Shown here piece by piece: positions 10,097 through 19,313 of a stretch of 64,000 nt of DNA. How positions within the stretch are numbered: position 1 is the first letter of the stretch; each line of letters begins with the position of its first letter. The stretch covers positions 40,469 through 104,468 of the forward strand of contig JABIHH010000017.1 in the NCBI GenBank assembly GCA_018649725.1. Direction: 5' to 3'. This DNA is from Rhodospirillaceae bacterium (GTDB lineage Bacteria > Pseudomonadota > Alphaproteobacteria > Rhodospirillales > UBA2165). Made by a program: the position numbers and the translations under genes. The notes under the pieces were generated by a model, which was not told the origin of the DNA, did not search any database, and saw nothing but the letters and a program-made list of their open reading frames with translations.

Positions 10097-10124
10097 AAGG
10101 GTGCGACTTCGAAGCCGCACCCTT
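10097..10124. other. Intercistronic hairpin after SBP gene
   Basis: aagggtgcg...cgcaccctt inverted repeat between SBP and ATPase genes. Confidence 0.55.
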
Positions 10125-10151
10125 TTTCGATGATGCTCTATAAAATAGAGC

Positions 10152-11165
10152 TTATTTCATATCAGAGAACCATTCTGGATGGCGCTTGATCGTGCTGTCG
10201 ATGAAAGACGTATCCAGATATTTAGCGGGATCAAAAGGACGCTTCATCTTTTTCTGAGCAATCAAGAGTTTTACAGAAGCTTTAAACGCCGCTGCCGTTC
10301 CGCCGCCAATCCGCGCATCATAAATGACATGCTTAGTGGTGCGGGCAACCAAATTAGCGTTCATGCCACGGACATAACGTGAGCCGATTTCGGACACTTC
10401 TTTGGAATTTTTTGGATCACGCAGAAAGTGAGCTGCCTCAGCCATTGCATCAACAAAAGCCTGGGTCCGCTTACGATCTTTGTAAACAACTTCAGGAAGA
10501 CCGTGCATGCCAGCGCAGAAGCAAACATAACCGCCGCCGCGAATAACCAGGTTAGAGCCTTTAACTTTGTCCAAAGCTTTGGTGACATTTGGCTCCCAAG
10601 CAACCATCGCATCAACACCGCCGGAATCCAAAGTAGAAACATGGCTTGGTGGGCGTACATTGATCCGCTTCACATCATTTTTAGACATGCCAGCTCTTTT
10701 AAGGGCTTCTTGGAGATACAAATCACCGGTCGTGCCGAACGCAACACCAACTTTTTTGCCTTTGAGATCTTTGATGGATTTAATGCCGGTACCGGGACGG
10801 GCAATAATACCAACATTGCCGTCACTTGTAGGCGCACTATAGTGGCCACCAAGATAACCAACAACACCACGCAATTTAAAGCCTTTTTCCAAAGCAACTG
10901 GTAAGTTTGTGAAAGCTGCAGGGGCAAAATCAATTTCGCCAGCGCGAAGTGATTTAGTCAAAGCAGAACCGGTGTTTCTAACAACAACCTTGGCATTGAG
11001 ACCATGCTTGGCAAAGAAACCTTTACCTTGCGCAACGAAGACGATCATGCCGCCAACGTTACTGGCAGCACCGACTTTAATGTCAGCTGCCTGAACACTT
11101 GCTCCAGCAGCGGTAAAAGCAGCCGCAGCAGCAAACGTCATTAAACTATTACGAATTATACTCAT
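10152..11165 (-). CDS. NitT/TauT (SsuA/TauA-like) ABC substrate-binding protein
   Basis: Signal peptide, KGFFAKHGL, IKDLKGKKVG, VDAMVAWEP. Confidence 0.9.
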   Translation of the reverse strand: MSIIRNSLMTFAAAAAFTAAGASVQAADIKVGAASNVGGMIVFVAQGKGFFAKHGLNAKVVVRNTGSALTKSLRAGEIDFAPAAFTNLPVALEKGFKLRGVVGYLGGHYSAPTSDGNVGIIARPGTGIKSIKDLKGKKVGVAFGTTGDLYLQEALKRAGMSKNDVKRINVRPPSHVSTLDSGGVDAMVAWEPNVTKALDKVKGSNLVIRGGGYVCFCAGMHGLPEVVYKDRKRTQAFVDAMAEAAHFLRDPKNSKEVSEIGSRYVRGMNANLVARTTKHVIYDARIGGGTAAAFKASVKLLIAQKKMKRPFDPAKYLDTSFIDSTIKRHPEWFSDMK

Positions 11166-11454
11166 TAATACTCTCCCATGTATTGCCTCGAATTTTTCGA
11201 GACTTTGTAGTGAAACCTCTATGGATCCCCAAAGTTTCCGTGCTTTTTTAAGCCTTTTTCAAAGGGGGCTTTTTCAACTCATTCTGTATCATGCTTACCT
11301 GATATAAGCCCTTCAACTTGTTGTGATTTTTGTTTTTGATTTTTTGGCCTTTTCCTTTATAACCGGACGCTATAATTATTGGAAGTACGGATATATTAGT
11401 CATCTACAAACCATATGGTGCGTATAGCATTATGGATTAAGGATAAACGATACA

Positions 11455-11871
11455 ATGGCGCCGACCGCAGAATACAAAAACTTGCCAAAAGATGAGATAC
11501 GGGCACTCGAAGAATCGCGTCCCTTCCAGAAAATGCTCGGACGCATCTCGAGCAAATGGAATGTTTTGGTTATCCGGCGATTAAGTGGGCGGCGCATCCG
11601 CCCCTCGGAACTCCGCCGCGAGATTGGCAACATATCACCTAAAGTTCTCACTCAAACTTTGCGCGAGCTTGAATCCTATGGGCTAATCGAGCGCGAGGTA
11701 TTCCCGATTATTCCGCCAAAAGTTGAGTATCGTTTGACGCCCTTGGGTGACAGCTTGGTTGTTGCCTTGGATGCGCTCAGAGATTGGGCGATGGACAATA
11801 ACGCCGATGTTGAAGCGACCATCGAAGATTATAAGTTGCGTGAAAAGGAAGAGGCTCTCCAGAATTTTTAG
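11455..11871 (+). CDS. HxlR family transcriptional regulator
   Basis: KW...ISPKVLTQTLRELE...PPKVEYRLTPLG. Confidence 0.92.
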   Translation: MAPTAEYKNLPKDEIRALEESRPFQKMLGRISSKWNVLVIRRLSGRRIRPSELRREIGNISPKVLTQTLRELESYGLIEREVFPIIPPKVEYRLTPLGDSLVVALDALRDWAMDNNADVEATIEDYKLREKEEALQNF

Positions 11872-11973
11872 CTGCTTTACGATAGGCTAAATTAAGCTTA
11901 AAAAGCGGCATCAAACTTAATTTAAAAATCCAAAAACACACTGATTTAGTGACAGACCATTAAGGGGTAACGA

Positions 11974-13104
11974 ATGTCTGATATCAATATGGACACTGTA
12001 GATGAAATTGGCCTGGCCATTGTAGGCTGTGGCACCATTGGTCGTATCCGCGCCAAATATGCGCGCGAATATCCAGGCGTAAAATGGCTGGGTCTCTGCG
12101 ACATAAATGATGAACTCGGCAAACAACTTGCCGAAGACACCAACGCAGATTTTTACACCAATGATTTTAACGAGCTGATCAATCGGCCCGAAGTCAATGC
12201 GGTTATGATCATCACCGATGAGAACAAGCACTTTGATCCCACCATGGCGGCCGTCGAGCAAGGCCACAAGCTGTTCATCGAAAAGCCCTTGGCAACCGAA
12301 GCGCGCGAGTCAAAGCAAATTCTGGATGCGCTTACCGAAGCCAAGCTTGATGCCTGCATCGGCTATACCCAACGCTTTCGCCGTCGCTTCCTGACCGTTA
12401 AAGAACGGCTGACCAACGGCCAGATCGGTGATGTGCATTCTGTCACCACGCGCGCTTTCATGAACCGCATGGTGCCAATCGCCACCATCGCTAAAACCAA
12501 TGCGCGGCATAATCTAACGCCGATGGTCGTCTCCGGCACTCACTCGCTGGATATGTCGATGTGGCTGATGGAAGGCAAAAAGCCGGCCACCGTTTACGCC
12601 AAATCCGTTGATAAAGTACTCAACGAATGGGGCACCAAGGATTCAACCTTTGGCATTTTCACCATGGATGACGGCACGTTGTTCTCAATGAATATTTGCT
12701 GGGCGCTGCCGGAAGTCTGGCCGGGCACAGTGTATGGTCTTGAGATCGGTATCGTCGGCAAGGAAGGCGTCATTGACATCGAAGACACCCACCGCGATCT
12801 CGTACTTGCCACAAATGAAAAACTGCCGGGCGGTTATATCTCCGGCGGGTATGAAGCACCGGAACGTCATGTCGACTTTTTGACCAGCTATCCTCCGGGC
12901 GACATTTGGAACGATCAACTTTACGGTCCGATGCGCGAAGAAACCATTGGCTGGTTCACCCGCATCCTGATGGGCACACCGACGCCGCATTGCACTGCCG
13001 CTGAAGGGCATTCAAACCTGATGTGCACCATGGCGATGGATCTCTCTGCCAAACGTGGTGAAGAGGTGCAACTGCCGATCGATCCGGAAGATTTTTATAA
13101 GTAA
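11974..13104 (+). CDS. Gfo/Idh/MocA family oxidoreductase
   Basis: AIVGCGTIG, IEKPLA, GYTQRF. Confidence 0.9.
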   Translation: MSDINMDTVDEIGLAIVGCGTIGRIRAKYAREYPGVKWLGLCDINDELGKQLAEDTNADFYTNDFNELINRPEVNAVMIITDENKHFDPTMAAVEQGHKLFIEKPLATEARESKQILDALTEAKLDACIGYTQRFRRRFLTVKERLTNGQIGDVHSVTTRAFMNRMVPIATIAKTNARHNLTPMVVSGTHSLDMSMWLMEGKKPATVYAKSVDKVLNEWGTKDSTFGIFTMDDGTLFSMNICWALPEVWPGTVYGLEIGIVGKEGVIDIEDTHRDLVLATNEKLPGGYISGGYEAPERHVDFLTSYPPGDIWNDQLYGPMREETIGWFTRILMGTPTPHCTAAEGHSNLMCTMAMDLSAKRGEEVQLPIDPEDFYK

Positions 13105-13122
13105 GTTTTCTGGATAAAAATT

Positions 13123-13157
13123 AAAAGGGACGTGTAACTTCATCACGTCCCTTTTTT
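13123..13157. terminator. Bidirectional intrinsic terminator
   Basis: aaaagggacgtg...cacgtcccttttt between convergent genes. Confidence 0.8.
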
Positions 13158-13169
13158 AATGCGCTAGAA

Positions 13170-13514
13170 CTAATAACCGCCCTTGCGCTTGCTTTCGGGA
13201 AGCCCGGCTATTTTTGCAGCTTGTTTTGACGGCTGCTTGGGGAATAGCTCATAAAGATCTTTAGTGGATATTTTTTCATCCCAAGCGGCCGACATGGCTT
13301 TGACCATATTTCTTTCATTCGGCTGAGAGCCATGATTATCGGTAAATTCACTACGGAGATATTTGATAAGGTCCCAATGTCGTTCGGACAACTCCGCAAT
13401 GCCATCCGCGGACGCAATCTCGACAGCGATATCCTCACTCCAGTCATCGATATTATCCAGATAACCATTTTCGTTTTTTTGAATGTCAGCGTATCCCATT
13501 TTCATTAAATCCAT
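13170..13514 (-). CDS. TusE/DsrC-family protein lacking the C-terminal cysteines
   Basis: GYL..DDWSEDIA..IA...L.ERHWDLI.YLR...LYELFP..P.KQAAKIAGLP; ends ESKRKGGY; start uncertain (13514/13505/13499). Confidence 0.85.
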   Translation of the reverse strand: MDLMKMGYADIQKNENGYLDNIDDWSEDIAVEIASADGIAELSERHWDLIKYLRSEFTDNHGSQPNERNMVKAMSAAWDEKISTKDLYELFPKQPSKQAAKIAGLPESKRKGGY

Positions 13515-13670
13515 TGAATGTTGAAGTTTAATTTCGTCGCCAGCCACTCTCGGCCAGTGCAGTTGGGCGGGGCACCCCTTCTGCATATCAGTCGACGGAA
13601 AAGTATATTATTGCGATGCGTCTAATTTACAAGCGAGAAATGTTAAAAAGAGATTAGATTTAGGTTTCAC

Positions 13671-13696
13671 TTTCCTCCCCTTGATGGAGGAGGAAA
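13671..13696. repeat. Palindromic repeat, family B
   Basis: tttcctccccttgatggaggaggaaa. Confidence 0.6.
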
Positions 13697-13732
13697 GATT
13701 TAGTCTTCTCTGTGCCCTCTGTGGTTCATTAC

Positions 13733-14791
13733 TTACCCCAAAGCCTCAACACCCAGTTCACCAGCCGTTTTAGCCAAAGCTTCAAGCAGCCCGTCATGGA
13801 TCGGCACGCCATTGGCTTCGCGGTCTTGGCGCTTTTTATGGCTTTGTTCACCGGGCAAGAGCACTTCATCATAACCGGGCAGTGTTGGTGACGCTTTCAT
13901 CGCCCGGTAGATGTTATCGACATTGCGCTTGAAGGTTTCGACCTCGGCAAAAGCGGCTATATCGATGGCGACAATAAACTGGCCGGTGTTTGTGGGTGTC
14001 TGGAAGTCTGAATTGAAATCAACAACGTCTTTGCCGAAAGCTGCGCCGTTGAGCGTGCCGGCAAGCAAACCAAACATCAGCGCCAGGCCGTAACCTTTTG
14101 GCCCGCCAATCGGCAACAGGAAGCCGTCATCGGATTTGGTTGGGTCGGTCAATGGCTGGCCTTGTTTATCGATCATCCAGCCTTCTGGCATTTCCTCACC
14201 GCGTTGGGCGGCTGTCTTCACCTTGCCATAAGCCGCCACGGTCGTCGCCATATCGAGCACAATCGGCGGCTCTTCCATACCCGGCACGGCGATCGCAATG
14301 GGGTTGGTACTGAGCAGCATTTCCATGCCACCCCAAGGCGGCAGATGGTTGGCATTGCCGATCGCGACATAAAGCCCGATCATATTTTCGGCCATCGGCA
14401 TTTTGGCATAAAGCGCGGCGGGACCTGCGTGGTTGCTGTCATGAGAGCCAACCCAGGCGACACCGCTCTCCTTGGCTTTTTTGGTCGCAAGCTCAGCGCA
14501 GTATTTCATTACCAGATGACCCTGCCCATTGTCGCCATTGACTAAGGCCATGCCGCTCTTTTCTTTTTCAACATGAATGTTAGGCGTGAGGTTGAGCCCG
14601 CCTTCTTTGATGCGGCGAATATAGCCCGGCAATCTGAAAACACCATGACCGTCCGAGCCGTTAACATCGGCCTCAGCCATGAGCTCGGCCACAATCCGCG
14701 CATCAGCGCTGGGCATTTCAGCCGCGACTAACGTTCGGTGAATAAAGCCAGCAATTTCTGCGCCCTGAAAGCGCCTTACGTCATCAGTCAT
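13733..14791 (-). CDS. Ldh_2 family NAD(P)-dependent oxidoreductase (malate/L-lactate/sulfolactate dehydrogenase-like)
   Basis: GHGVFRLPGY, DGDNG-like NGDNG, STNPIAIA, VLDMATT, GGPKGYGL. Confidence 0.9.
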   Translation of the reverse strand: MTDDVRRFQGAEIAGFIHRTLVAAEMPSADARIVAELMAEADVNGSDGHGVFRLPGYIRRIKEGGLNLTPNIHVEKEKSGMALVNGDNGQGHLVMKYCAELATKKAKESGVAWVGSHDSNHAGPAALYAKMPMAENMIGLYVAIGNANHLPPWGGMEMLLSTNPIAIAVPGMEEPPIVLDMATTVAAYGKVKTAAQRGEEMPEGWMIDKQGQPLTDPTKSDDGFLLPIGGPKGYGLALMFGLLAGTLNGAAFGKDVVDFNSDFQTPTNTGQFIVAIDIAAFAEVETFKRNVDNIYRAMKASPTLPGYDEVLLPGEQSHKKRQDREANGVPIHDGLLEALAKTAGELGVEALG

Positions 14792-14808
14792 GCGTCTCTC
14801 TCTTTAAT

Positions 14809-15219
14809 TTACTGTGGGGTAACGACATCTTCGCCGGAGAGATGCTCAACGGTTTTGCCAGTTTCCTGGAAAGTCCGGGTGACCGCATCGGAATCATAGG
14901 TCCACATAATAACGGCTCGTGTATCGCCGATATTAACAAACCGATGATACGTGCCGGCTTTAATATAAGTGGTGTCCATCGGCTTGACCGGCGTTAATTC
15001 ACCTTCAATGTCGACATTGCATTCACCCTCAAGCAAAATCACTTGCTCGTCACAATTATGACAATGCACAGGCACTTCTTTGCCAACGGGAAAACTGGTC
15101 AGCCCGGAGGTAATGCGCGAGCCGCAATTGTCTTTGGTCGCTAATACTGTTGTGATGACGCCATCGCCACGTTCATGTGTCGGCGCTTCTTCGATTTTAA
15201 ATATTTTGGTTTCTGACAT
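14809..15219 (-). CDS. Cupin domain protein
   Basis: HCHNCDEQV...YHRFVN cupin motifs. Confidence 0.85.
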   Translation of the reverse strand: MSETKIFKIEEAPTHERGDGVITTVLATKDNCGSRITSGLTSFPVGKEVPVHCHNCDEQVILLEGECNVDIEGELTPVKPMDTTYIKAGTYHRFVNIGDTRAVIMWTYDSDAVTRTFQETGKTVEHLSGEDVVTPQ

Positions 15220-15299
15220 CGCTGGTCCCCAATTTTTTTAGTTGTTTTGGTGGAAATTCTTGTGGGCCGTAGCATACTAAAATCAAAGACTTTCGCAAT

Positions 15300-15313
15300 G
15301 TCTTATATAAGAG
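15300..15313. promoter_or_regulatory. Putative GntR/HutC operator (TCTTATATAAGA)
   Basis: Perfect 12-bp palindrome in the divergent cupin/GntR promoter. Confidence 0.75.
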
Positions 15314-15372
15314 TATAAAAAGGAAATATCGTCAAAATGACGAAACAGGGATTAGAGAAACGGAAATGAAAA

Positions 15373-16149
15373 ATGGCAAAAAAAGCTACAGTTTCAGCCG
15401 CAAATTTAAATAAGCCAGCCCCACAGAAAAACGCAAAGACCAAGCGGGGCCAAACGAAATATCAAAAAGTGGACAATATTATCCGCCAGCGCCTGATCGA
15501 TAACGTCTGGAAGCCGGGCGATGCGCTGCCGAGTGAGATGCAACTGGCGGCAGAGCTCGATGTCAGCCAGGGCACTGTCCGCAAGGCGCTTAATGATATG
15601 GTGACGGAGAATTTGCTGTTCCGCCGCCAAGGCCTCGGCACTTTTGTCTCCGAGCACACCGAACGCCGGGCGCTGTTCCTTTATTTTAGCATTGTCGGCA
15701 ATGACGGCTCTCGGCTGTTACCGGAAAGTAATATCCTGGCTTGCGAAGAGAAAATGCCGACAGAAGTTGAGGCTGAAAAATTGGAACTCAGCCAGGGTGA
15801 AATGATCGTACAGTTTCGCCGCATCCGCTTTTTCAATGAAGTACCGACGCTCGTTGAGACAATCTCTTTGCCGCTTGAACACTTCCCCGGCTTTGGTACC
15901 GATGTTGAGCCACCCAACAACCTGTTCCGCTTTTATCAGTCAGAGTATGGCGTCACGGTTGCTAAGGCCGAAGAGCACCTAAAAGCTGTAAGCGCCTCTG
16001 CAGAAGAAGCCGCCCTCCTCAACATTGAGGCCGGCGCGCCGATGCTGGAAATCGACCGCATCGCAAAAATGCTTGATGGCCGCCCAGTCGAATGGCGCGT
16101 CAGCCACTGCGACACCAGCAATTATCGCTATGTCACGGAACGTGGATAG
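15373..16149 (+). CDS. GntR family regulator, HutC subfamily (UTRA domain)
   Basis: LPSEMQLAAELDVSQGTVRKAL...RRQGLGTFV; C-terminal UTRA (LEIDR...RPVEWRVS). Confidence 0.92.
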   Translation: MAKKATVSAANLNKPAPQKNAKTKRGQTKYQKVDNIIRQRLIDNVWKPGDALPSEMQLAAELDVSQGTVRKALNDMVTENLLFRRQGLGTFVSEHTERRALFLYFSIVGNDGSRLLPESNILACEEKMPTEVEAEKLELSQGEMIVQFRRIRFFNEVPTLVETISLPLEHFPGFGTDVEPPNNLFRFYQSEYGVTVAKAEEHLKAVSASAEEAALLNIEAGAPMLEIDRIAKMLDGRPVEWRVSHCDTSNYRYVTERG

Positions 16150-16188
16150 ATTGTGTGACGAGTTAATTTCAACCCTTCATCCCAAGCC

Positions 16189-16274
16189 GTCATTCCGGCG
16201 AAAGCCGGAATCCAGAAAGCCGCCTTTCTATTTTACAAATGATAGACTGGATCCCGGATCAAGTCCGGGATGAC
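16189..16274. repeat. REP-like palindromic repeat pair, family A
   Basis: gtcattccggcgaaagccggaatccag ... ctggatcccggatcaagtccgggatgac. Confidence 0.85.
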
Positions 16275-16305
16275 GTTTAAGGGCTAAAGGCGAGGAGAAA
16301 ATTCT

Positions 16306-17223
16306 ATGACAAAAAAAATCGGCTATATCGGCCTCGGTGTCTTGGGCTCGGCGATGGTGCCAAATTTGATCGAGAGCGGCTTTGACGTCATTGGCTATGA
16401 TGTGCGCCCGGAAGTCCTAGAGGAACTCGGCAAGCTCGGTATGGAAGGTGCAAGCTCGCCAAAAGATGCGGCAGAGCGCGCTGATGTTGTTGTCACCTGC
16501 CTGCCTTCCATTGAGGTTTTGATGGATGTCTATGGCGGCGCAGACGGCATCGATAAGGCGGACAAAAAGGGCCAGATCATTATTGAGACCAGCACTTTTC
16601 CTGTCGACGAGAAGGAAAAAGCCAAGACGCTCATGGACGCGGCAGGCAAACGCATGCTCGACTGTCCGGTCAGTGGCAACCGCATCTTGGCAGTGAAAAA
16701 ACAACTCACAGCTTTTGGCAGTGGTGAAGAAGCGGCTTACAACGAGGTCGAAGATGTCATCCAGGGTTTCGCCAGCCGGACGTTTTATGTCGGCGAATTT
16801 GGCAGCGGTATGAAAATGAAATTCTGCGCCAATATCCTCAATCTCGTGCATAACTCTGTTGCCGCTGAAGTTATGGTGCTCGGTATGAAGTCCGGCCTTG
16901 ATCCTGAAATGATCCATAATGTGATCAGCGGGTCTGGCTCGAGCTCGTCGATGTTTGAGACCCGCGGGGCCATGATGGCCAATAACAATTACGATCATGA
17001 AGGCATGAATTTCTCGGTGCCGATCAAGGATTCCCGCTTTATCTCGGATCACGCCCACAAAATGCAAGTGCCGACACCGATCTACCATGTCGCATTGCAA
17101 TCTTATTATGCTGCCATCGCGCAAGGTCATTTCGACGAAGATGCAGCAGCCGTCTGCGCCGCGATGGAACGCGCCGCTAATTTTGAACGTCCAAAGGATG
17201 AGAAAAAAACCAATGAGTTCTAA
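16306..17223 (+). CDS. 3-hydroxyisobutyrate dehydrogenase-family oxidoreductase
   Basis: IGYIGLGVLG, LDCPVSG, GSGMKMK. Confidence 0.88.
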   Translation: MTKKIGYIGLGVLGSAMVPNLIESGFDVIGYDVRPEVLEELGKLGMEGASSPKDAAERADVVVTCLPSIEVLMDVYGGADGIDKADKKGQIIIETSTFPVDEKEKAKTLMDAAGKRMLDCPVSGNRILAVKKQLTAFGSGEEAAYNEVEDVIQGFASRTFYVGEFGSGMKMKFCANILNLVHNSVAAEVMVLGMKSGLDPEMIHNVISGSGSSSSMFETRGAMMANNNYDHEGMNFSVPIKDSRFISDHAHKMQVPTPIYHVALQSYYAAIAQGHFDEDAAAVCAAMERAANFERPKDEKKTNEF

Positions 17224-18172
17224 ACCAAAAAAGAAAGTAATAAAAAAGCCAGCAAAAGAATCCGTCTACAAAGTCGGTGTCATCGGTCTCGGCAATATGG
17301 GCCGAGGCATTGCTAAAAACCTGATCAAAGCCGGCAATGAAGTCTTTGTCTGGGATATCTCAGAAGAGGCCCGCAAGCCTTATGCTAGAAAGGCGACCAT
17401 CGCCGAGCCGCATGAAATGGCCGGAAAATGTCAGATGGTGATCTTTGTCGTTCCGGGCTCACCAGAAATCGATGCCATGCTCAAAGGCAAAAACAGCATG
17501 CTCGCCAAACCAAAACGCGGATTGGTTTTGTATGATTTTACAACATCTGATCCGGTCTACACCAAGAAGCTCGCCAAGCGGGCTGCTAAAAAAGGCGTCA
17601 CTTATATGGATGCCGGCATGACCGGCGGCGGCGCACAAGGGGCCGATGAGGGCACCATGACACTAATGATCGGCGGCGATACAAAAGTCTTCAAACGCAC
17701 CGCACCGATGCTGGCGCCGGTAGCCAAAAAGCTTATCCATCTCGGCGCAAGCGGAACCGGCCACACCATGAAGGTGGTCCATAATATGATCACCCATACC
17801 AACTTCTTTGCCCTCAGTGAGGCCGCTCATCTCGGTCGGCGCGCCGGCATCAAGCTGGAAGATTTGATTGAAGTGTTTAACAACGGCAACGCCCGCAGCT
17901 TCATCTCCGAGCGCCGCTTTCCAGATCACATTATCTCCGAAACCTGGGATGGCCGGTCCAGGGTCTACAATCTCAACAAAGATGTCGGCATGGCGATCGC
18001 ACTGGCTGACAAGTTGGGCGCGACTGTGAATATCGGCCGCGACACCTACGCCTATATCCAAGAAGCCGTCCGCCAAGGCCGCTCTGAAGAGGACTTCACC
18101 CGGCTCTATCCAGATTTAGAGAAGCTGGATAAGAAGAAAAAAGCTAAGAAGAAAACTAAGAAAAAAAAGTAA
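17213..18172 (+). CDS. 3-hydroxyisobutyrate dehydrogenase-family oxidoreductase with Lys-rich termini
   Basis: VGVIGLGNMG, MDAGMTGG, GTGHTMKVVHN; start at MSSKPK. Confidence 0.88.
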   Translation: MSSKPKKKVIKKPAKESVYKVGVIGLGNMGRGIAKNLIKAGNEVFVWDISEEARKPYARKATIAEPHEMAGKCQMVIFVVPGSPEIDAMLKGKNSMLAKPKRGLVLYDFTTSDPVYTKKLAKRAAKKGVTYMDAGMTGGGAQGADEGTMTLMIGGDTKVFKRTAPMLAPVAKKLIHLGASGTGHTMKVVHNMITHTNFFALSEAAHLGRRAGIKLEDLIEVFNNGNARSFISERRFPDHIISETWDGRSRVYNLNKDVGMAIALADKLGATVNIGRDTYAYIQEAVRQGRSEEDFTRLYPDLEKLDKKKKAKKKTKKKK

Positions 18173-18185
18173 GAATACCCACCTA

Positions 18186-18278
18186 GTCATCACCCTGGAC
18201 TTGATCCAAGGTCCAGGAATCTTTCAACCAGCAGAGTATTTGTGAGAAAGTCTGGATTCTGGCCCCCGCCAGAATGAC
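18186..18278. repeat. REP-like palindromic repeat pair, family A (degenerate)
   Basis: ccctggacttgatccaaggtccagg ... ctggattctggcccccgccagaatgac. Confidence 0.7.
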
Positions 18279-18286
18279 GATGGGGA

Positions 18287-19210
18287 TTAGCTCATCGCCA
18301 GATCGACAAGCTCGTCACCAATGATCTTGCGTTGTTCATCGATGATCGGTGTGACGGCATCGACAAAGGCTTGACGTTTCTCGTCACTCAGCTGGATGAT
18401 GTCATTCTCAGCCGGGTCGAATTTTTTCAAAAGCTCGACATCTTCTTCAATCGCCAAGGCGCGCTGGGTTCGCGTGGCCTCCAGCGCCGCGTCATCGACG
18501 GCTTGACGCACTTCGTCGGGCCAGCCTTCATACAAGCCACGGTTCACGTAAAGCCCACAGACACCCAGGATGTGTCCGGTGAGCGTGATATAGCGATGAT
18601 GTTTGTGGATGTCGAATTGATAGATATTGGTCAGCGGATTATCCTGGCCGTCGATGTCGCCGCTTTCCATCTCAGCAACGAATTGCTTGATGTTCATAAT
18701 CACCGGCTCGAAGCCGAGGCGACGGTAGATACGGCCTTGGAATTCACTGGGCAGCGTGCGGGTACGAATACCCTCGCAGTCTTTGGGTTCCCGGATCGCC
18801 CGCACGCGATTGGAAAAATGCCGATAACCGTTATCCCAGAAATGCAGAATCTTGAGATTAGGATGCGCTGCTTCAATCGCCATCTTGATGCGATCGCCCA
18901 ACTCGCCATCGAGCTTGGCATAAGCCTTTTCCCGGTCATTGAAGACAAAAGGTAAGTCCAGCACACTGACCATCGGGAGCTCGGACGAGAAATAATTGGT
19001 CGACATATAACAGAAGGTCAGTTCGCCGCTTTCGGTCAGGGTAATAAGGTCGCCTGTCTTGTGGCCAAAGACCGTAATGTCATTATCCAGAACATAGTCG
19101 ACATTGCCGCTCAAGCGCTCTTTCAGCCCATCTCCCAGCGCTGCGCCAGCTCGGGTGTGGATTGAAATCGGTGTTTGATAACCACCAAAGCGGAAAGATA
19201 AGTCAGACAT
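18287..19210 (-). CDS. TRAP DctP-family substrate-binding protein, no signal peptide
   Basis: LDLPFVF, WDNGYRHF, GIRTR, IDGQDNPL, YITLTGH. Confidence 0.85.
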   Translation of the reverse strand: MSDLSFRFGGYQTPISIHTRAGAALGDGLKERLSGNVDYVLDNDITVFGHKTGDLITLTESGELTFCYMSTNYFSSELPMVSVLDLPFVFNDREKAYAKLDGELGDRIKMAIEAAHPNLKILHFWDNGYRHFSNRVRAIREPKDCEGIRTRTLPSEFQGRIYRRLGFEPVIMNIKQFVAEMESGDIDGQDNPLTNIYQFDIHKHHRYITLTGHILGVCGLYVNRGLYEGWPDEVRQAVDDAALEATRTQRALAIEEDVELLKKFDPAENDIIQLSDEKRQAFVDAVTPIIDEQRKIIGDELVDLAMS

Positions 19211-19256
19211 AATTCAGCTCCCCCATTTTTTTATTATACTAGCTGCCGCATAAGAA

Positions 19257-19288
19257 AATGGCACCCCTCATTTCTGAGGGATGCCATT
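19257..19288 (-). terminator. Hairpin downstream of tctC-like gene
   Basis: aatggcacccctca..tgagggatgccatt. Confidence 0.55.
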
Positions 19289-19313
19289 AATTCTTTGGTC
19301 TAAGATCTGATGA

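Noticed and set aside
11298-11309. Additional regulon operator upstream of the ABC SBP (CCTGATATAAGC)
   Set aside because: Only 9/12 match in an AT-rich region; not distinguishable from chance
13141-13172. Stop-codon readthrough restoring a Cys/Sec tail on the DsrC-like protein
   Set aside because: The stop is TAG and a second in-frame TAG follows one codon later
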